A stretch of 60,048 nt of DNA from Candidatus Omnitrophota bacterium (GTDB lineage: Bacteria > Omnitrophota > Gorgyraeia > Zapsychrales > Fredricksoniimonadaceae): contig JAYTXU010000019.1 of assembly GCA_043742785.1 (NCBI GenBank), positions 1 through 60,048 of the forward strand, read 5' to 3'. Below, in pieces: positions 55,851-60,048 of the stretch. How positions within the stretch are numbered: position 1 is the stretch's first letter; every line of letters starts with the position of its first letter. The notes beneath the pieces are model-generated. The model searched no databases and was not told where the DNA came from. It saw only the letters and a list, made by a program, of their open reading frames with translations. The position numbers were made by a program, and so were the translations under genes.

Positions 55851-57008
55851 ATGAATAATAATCCTATGATTAGAAGGACAACTTCATTTCCAACGGATCA
55901 GAGCTATTTCTTGTTTGGGCCTCGAGGCACAGGAAAAACAACATGGGTTCTTGCTCAATACCCAGAAGCCATATATATCGACTTGTTAGATGCCGATATT
56001 CGGGATCGTCTTTTAGCGCATCCCAAGCAATTATCAGATATTATCCCGACAGGCACCAAAGAATGGATCATTATAGATGAGATCCAATTTGTCCCGGCTC
56101 TGCTTCACGAAGTCCATCGGCTAATATCCACCAAAAAATATAAATTTGTTCTAACTGGATCAAGCGCCCGTTCGCTTCGAAGAAAAGGCGTTAATTTATT
56201 AGGAGGTCGTGCGGCGACGCGTTTTTTCCATCCGCTTACAGCCATGGAATTGGGCAAGCAGTTTGACTTACAGCGTTCGCTACAGTATGGACATTTACCT
56301 TCGGCATCTTTAGGAAAATCTCCTAAGGTATACCTTAAAGGGTATATTCTGAATTACTTAAAGAATGAAGTTAAGCAAGAAGGTTTGACTCGTAATCTAG
56401 GGGCATTTTCACGATTCTTGGAGGTTGCTAGTTTTTCGCAAGGAGGGATACTTAATTATACAGAAATCGCCCGGGAAGCAAGTATTAATCGTATGGTTGT
56501 AATGAATTATTTTGATATTTTAGAAGACCTTTTAGTAGGGATGCGTTTACCAGTATTTACCAAGAAGGCTAAACGTCGTCTTGTCATGCACCACAAATTT
56601 TATTATTTTGATGTTGGTATTTATCGTACTATTCGTCCTATGGGGCCTTTAGATATGCCGGAGAGTATTTCCGGAACAGCTATGGAAACCCTGATTCTTC
56701 AAGAATTGCGTGCGATTAATGACGCTTTGGATTTGGGGTATGAAATCTTTTACTGGCGCACCCCCAATAAAGTTGAAGTTGATTTTGTGTTATATGGAGA
56801 AAAAGGGATCCTTGCCATTGAAAGCAAATCTTCCCAAAGACTCACTTCGGATATGTTTCGGGGGTTAAAAAATTTTAAAAGCGATTATCCTGTGGCTAAA
56901 TCTTATTTGGTTTATGGCGGCACTCATCGAGAATATCGTGATGATATTCAAGTCATCGGTGTTCAAGAATTTCTGCAAACTTTACCAAAGATACTAAAGA
57001 ACTTTTGA
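55851..57008 (+). CDS. AAA_14 ATPase with DUF4143, second paralogue
   Basis: GPRGTGKT, 'IIIDEIQ', 'LTGSSAR.L', 'L.GRA', 'KFYYFD.G', 'EVDF...AIESKS'. Confidence 0.9.
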   Translation: MNNNPMIRRTTSFPTDQSYFLFGPRGTGKTTWVLAQYPEAIYIDLLDADIRDRLLAHPKQLSDIIPTGTKEWIIIDEIQFVPALLHEVHRLISTKKYKFVLTGSSARSLRRKGVNLLGGRAATRFFHPLTAMELGKQFDLQRSLQYGHLPSASLGKSPKVYLKGYILNYLKNEVKQEGLTRNLGAFSRFLEVASFSQGGILNYTEIAREASINRMVVMNYFDILEDLLVGMRLPVFTKKAKRRLVMHHKFYYFDVGIYRTIRPMGPLDMPESISGTAMETLILQELRAINDALDLGYEIFYWRTPNKVEVDFVLYGEKGILAIESKSSQRLTSDMFRGLKNFKSDYPVAKSYLVYGGTHREYRDDIQVIGVQEFLQTLPKILKNF

Positions 57009-57080
57009 GCGCTTTAAAATTATCGTTTCTAATCAATGCCTTGCCGATTAGAATTAAACATCTAAGACAAAAATATAAAA

Positions 57081-57120
57081 GAAGCTGAGAAATGGCTGGT
57101 ACCAAATTTAGGATATTAAA
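57081..57120 (+). repeat. Diverged duplicate of the metH 3' end
   Basis: GAAGCTGAGAAATGGCTGGTACCAAATTTAGGATATTAAA reads EAEKWLVPNLGY*, versus [12 protein letters not shown] in metH. Confidence 0.9.
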
Positions 57121-59184
57121 ATGACATCTTCTCTTAAAAAAAATTGGTTCATCTATTTATTCATTCCCATTCCCTTTATTTTTTATTGGTATACTTGTCT
57201 TCCTTCCATTGGATTAGGCGATTCTGTATTATTCATTCACGCAATTAAACAACTTATAATCAAAACATGGGTAAATAATCATAACGTAACAGCTATTTGG
57301 GGCTGGTTCTTCCAGTTTCTGCCAATTGGTGACATTGCTTATCGAGGAAATCTCTCCTGCGTTTTCTCCAGCAGCATAGCTATATGCATTTTTTATACTT
57401 CAATTTATTTGCTTCACCGTTGTTGGATGACCGCAATAGTTTCTTCATTATTTCTTATGATCTCCCACTCAGTGTGGTGGCATGGGACAGATTTAGCTGA
57501 TTATTCCATGAATACCGTCTTTGTAACAATAGCCCTTTACCTCTATGTAAAACTATTCAAAACAGGTCTTGCTAAATATCTATACATCCTTTTCTTCGTA
57601 TGCGGGTTAGCTGTTTTTCAACATTACTTGTTAGGAAGTTTATTAATAGGAGCGATAGCCACACTTGTCACAAGATTATTAAAACGTAAAGAAAAAGCAT
57701 GGCCTTTGTTATGGAAAGCCACTGTTTGCTTCTTTATAGGACTGATCCCTTGGCTACTAACGTTTTCACATGATGTAAGCATAAACCACAGCGTCACCCA
57801 AACAATTTCAGGCATGTTGGGAGGCCCATTTAAAACGCTTTTCTTTAAACGACCATTATGGAGTGGAATAGTCGAATATTTTACACTGCTTTTTCTCCAA
57901 TTTCCTTCGCCTTACCTTTTAATAATTGCTTTGGGTTCATACTTCTTTTCAAGAACATGGAAATTGCATGAATGTTCTGTGGGTATTATTCTCACAATTA
58001 CACCTGTTGTTGTTTTTGGATTAGGCATCGATACATGGGCTTTATTTGCCCAAATGATTTCAACCTATATTATTCTTGCTTTCTGGGCTTCGTTTGTTAT
58101 TTATTGGATTATCAATCATCCATATTTTAACAAATCTCTTTTATTACGAACGCTCCTAACAATAACAACTATCTTTTCTTTAGTTTGGACAATCTATTTT
58201 TATGCGCATTTGAGCCACTGGGGAGAGGATCCAAGAAATATTTGGTCCCCTCGATTTAATAATTCTTATACATTTAATTACTACCACCTCAACGAATTTC
58301 TTGCCAACCCTAACAAAAAAAACTACCACGACATATCCGATGCCTGTCATTTAATGCTAGCTAAACTACCCCCGTACGCAGAGTATTGGGATAACGACTC
58401 CAGATTGTTTTTCCAAATGAAAGAATATTACCAACAGTACTACCATAAAAGACTCGATTTAAATATCCAACTCGTCAATTCTTTTGGTTTTCCCAATTGG
58501 GGTTCTGATAAGAACACTTTTGGTCAAAGATTGAAAAACGCATACCTTAGCGGTAAAAATCTCTTTTTATCATCTTTAGGGCATCCCTTCGCTTCTTTAT
58601 TAGCAAATCTTCCCGATAAAAGTAAATATCAATTTAAAAGATTCTATCTCAACGATAAATTATGGGTTTATAAACTCATAACTATTCGAGACGCCAATCT
58701 TACAAATGAAAATTACCTCTGGACTAGGTGGGATTTCTTACCGACAGATAAATCTGTTTTAATTAACCTATCTTTAGATAATGTTTTGGATTTTCATGAA
58801 GGAAATGTCTTTTTACAACAAGACATGAGTCTTTTTGGGCCATTATGGAAAAATGAAGATCAAGTTTTCTTTAGTCCAGAGAAACAAGGATCAAGTATCG
58901 GATTCTTATTAAGATTCAATCAATCATTCAAAGGAAACTTAACTATAAATCTCACAACTGCTTTTGATGCTGCTATCGTTGAGGTCTTGTTGAACAATAA
59001 ACCTTTAACAAAAGAGCCTCTTGATCTTTATACCATTAGTGTGAGTAATCAGAAGTTTGAATTCTCAAATATTATATTTGAAAATGAGAATAATATTCTA
59101 TCGATACGCGTTATTGGAAAAAATGATAAATCGAGTGATATGAAACTAGGGGTTGATACGATAGAAATTAGTCCTGCCTTTTAA
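57121..59184 (+). CDS. DUF2723 (TMEM260-like) GT-C membrane protein with a C-terminal beta-sandwich (CBM-like) domain
   Basis: N-terminal 'Y.YT.LP.I..GDS', 'LP.GDIAYR.NL', many TMs; C-terminal 'QDMS.FG..W', 'DLY', 'IG.N.KS....GVD.IEI'. Confidence 0.65.
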   Translation: MTSSLKKNWFIYLFIPIPFIFYWYTCLPSIGLGDSVLFIHAIKQLIIKTWVNNHNVTAIWGWFFQFLPIGDIAYRGNLSCVFSSSIAICIFYTSIYLLHRCWMTAIVSSLFLMISHSVWWHGTDLADYSMNTVFVTIALYLYVKLFKTGLAKYLYILFFVCGLAVFQHYLLGSLLIGAIATLVTRLLKRKEKAWPLLWKATVCFFIGLIPWLLTFSHDVSINHSVTQTISGMLGGPFKTLFFKRPLWSGIVEYFTLLFLQFPSPYLLIIALGSYFFSRTWKLHECSVGIILTITPVVVFGLGIDTWALFAQMISTYIILAFWASFVIYWIINHPYFNKSLLLRTLLTITTIFSLVWTIYFYAHLSHWGEDPRNIWSPRFNNSYTFNYYHLNEFLANPNKKNYHDISDACHLMLAKLPPYAEYWDNDSRLFFQMKEYYQQYYHKRLDLNIQLVNSFGFPNWGSDKNTFGQRLKNAYLSGKNLFLSSLGHPFASLLANLPDKSKYQFKRFYLNDKLWVYKLITIRDANLTNENYLWTRWDFLPTDKSVLINLSLDNVLDFHEGNVFLQQDMSLFGPLWKNEDQVFFSPEKQGSSIGFLLRFNQSFKGNLTINLTTAFDAAIVEVLLNNKPLTKEPLDLYTISVSNQKFEFSNIIFENENNILSIRVIGKNDKSSDMKLGVDTIEISPAF

Positions 59185-59190
59185 AGATAT

Positions 59191-60048
59191 TTAATGTAAA
59201 CCTTGCTTATCAGAAACTCTGATCGAATTTAATATTACAGGCAACGCGTTATCACTTAATTTATCTGGCGTAATCCATCCTACTGAATATAAAGCAATAG
59301 AATTCCTTGTTAGAGAGTTTGTGCAAAATTGTTCCATGATTTCTGTTTTAGAATCTGTTTTAATAACTTTTAAATCGATTAATTTTAAAAAAGTAAAGTT
59401 GCGTTTGACCTGAATGGATGACCATTGTTGTCCATCTGGCGTTGAGTAATTTAATGTAACACACCTTCTCTCAGGTAAGAAAACAGAGGTAGCTGCCTTT
59501 ACATGACAGCTACTATTCCAATACCAACCCGCAAATTGATCCCCTAACCCTTTAACGGAATAGGAATGACCACAATAAAACTCCTCAGGAAGAGTTGGAT
59601 TAGATAGAGCTTCTTCATTAAATGAAGCAACAATATTATTTATTTCATCTTTATTAGTAACATTCCCTTCTCCTATAAATGATCGCTGAGCAAGCCTAAA
59701 AAAAGTTTGATCACAAATATAAAAAAGACCGCTGGATATCAAAATAAATACAGTTAGGAGAACCTTTCTCCAAGTTATGTAAGTACTTAACCAAAACAGA
59801 ACTAGTAAAATCAGAGCGATAATAATGGCACAGAAAGCAATTGAGAAATCAGATGAGTACCTTGAACTAATACTATACAAATTTATATAAAATATAAATA
59901 AACACCCAGAAACTAACAATCCCCAGACGATTGTATAAAAAAATATCTTTAAAAAGAGGGGATTCTTCTCATTCGGAGACAATCGCCACTTAAAGAAATT
60001 AAAGAATATTAAAAATAAAGAAGCAATAGTAAGAAGTACAAAATGTGA
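59191..60048 (-). CDS. Hypothetical membrane protein, 5'-truncated by the window edge
   Basis: Frame stays open from 59982 to 60048 (SHFVLLTIASLFLIFFNFFKWR...); several TMs followed by a Cys-containing soluble domain. Confidence 0.55.
   Translation of the reverse strand, partial: SHFVLLTIASLFLIFFNFFKWRLSPNEKNPLFLKIFFYTIVWGLLVSGCLFIFYINLYSISSRYSSDFSIAFCAIIIALILLVLFWLSTYITWRKVLLTVFILISSGLFYICDQTFFRLAQRSFIGEGNVTNKDEINNIVASFNEEALSNPTLPEEFYCGHSYSVKGLGDQFAGWYWNSSCHVKAATSVFLPERRCVTLNYSTPDGQQWSSIQVKRNFTFLKLIDLKVIKTDSKTEIMEQFCTNSLTRNSIALYSVGWITPDKLSDNALPVILNSIRVSDKQGLH

Larger units (their letters stand above)
51672..57120. mobile_element. About 5.4-kb accessory island bracketed by a duplicated metH 3' end
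   Basis: 40-bp direct repeats at 51672-51711 and 57081-57120 (34/40 identical); cargo is TA-like pairs and two AAA/DUF4143 ATPases; no integrase. Confidence 0.8.

Noticed and set aside
51712-57080. Integron cassette array or pdif modules
   Set aside because: Mixed gene orientations, own promoters, no RYYYAAC...GTTRRRY attC folds, no intI, and no convincing XerC/XerD 11-6-11 sites
280-57815. Numerous 60-140 aa ORFs antisense to or overlapping recognised genes (e.g. 2020-2298, 3892-4212, 16587-16982, 19664-20065, 28726-29136, 44718-45053)
   Set aside because: They are shadow frames of well-supported genes, with no motifs or SDs; 16587-16982 simply starts inside a palindromic repeat
1-60048. 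tRNA, rRNA, intact transposase, integrase or prophage genes
   Set aside because: None recognised; the largest intergenic gaps are about 250-300 bp and hold promoters, repeats or relics

Overview
Mostly chromosomal DNA from an AT-rich bacterium. Gene content and repeat types suggest the PVC group, possibly Omnitrophota; this is inference and was not searched. Layout: (1) 0.1-11.6 kb, a minus-strand type IV pilus/T2SS-like locus (pilC, pilB with an intact MshEN c-di-GMP module, secretin, PilP/O-like, a PilM-PilN fusion, a minor pilin), preceded by a large TPR protein and a degenerate ExbB/ExbD/mini-TonB set. (2) 11.6-14.9 kb, uvrA and a very basic tandem-repeat protein. (3) 14.9-32.6 kb, rplM-rpsI followed by an Arg/Lys biosynthesis super-operon (argCJBDFG-argH-lysA-dapFAB-dapL-folK-panC-nadX). 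Many of its junctions hold palindromic REP-like elements or small TA-like cassettes, and dapA carries an in-frame 36-nt palindrome. (4) 32.7-45 kb, mtaB, htpX and dusB, then a glutathione/Fe-S module (Mtr-like reductase, YadGH-like ABC, two BolA, GshA, GshB, two Grx, HCF101-like Mrp). (5) 45-60 kb, glycosyltransferases and metH, plus a 5.4-kb TA/AAA-ATPase island bracketed by a duplicated metH 3' end. The strongest signal is that two unrelated accessory cassettes, at argG and at metH, are each flanked by a diverged copy of the last ~9-13 codons of the upstream housekeeping gene, and no integrase is present in the window. No rRNA, tRNA, CRISPR array, intact transposase or prophage genes were seen.
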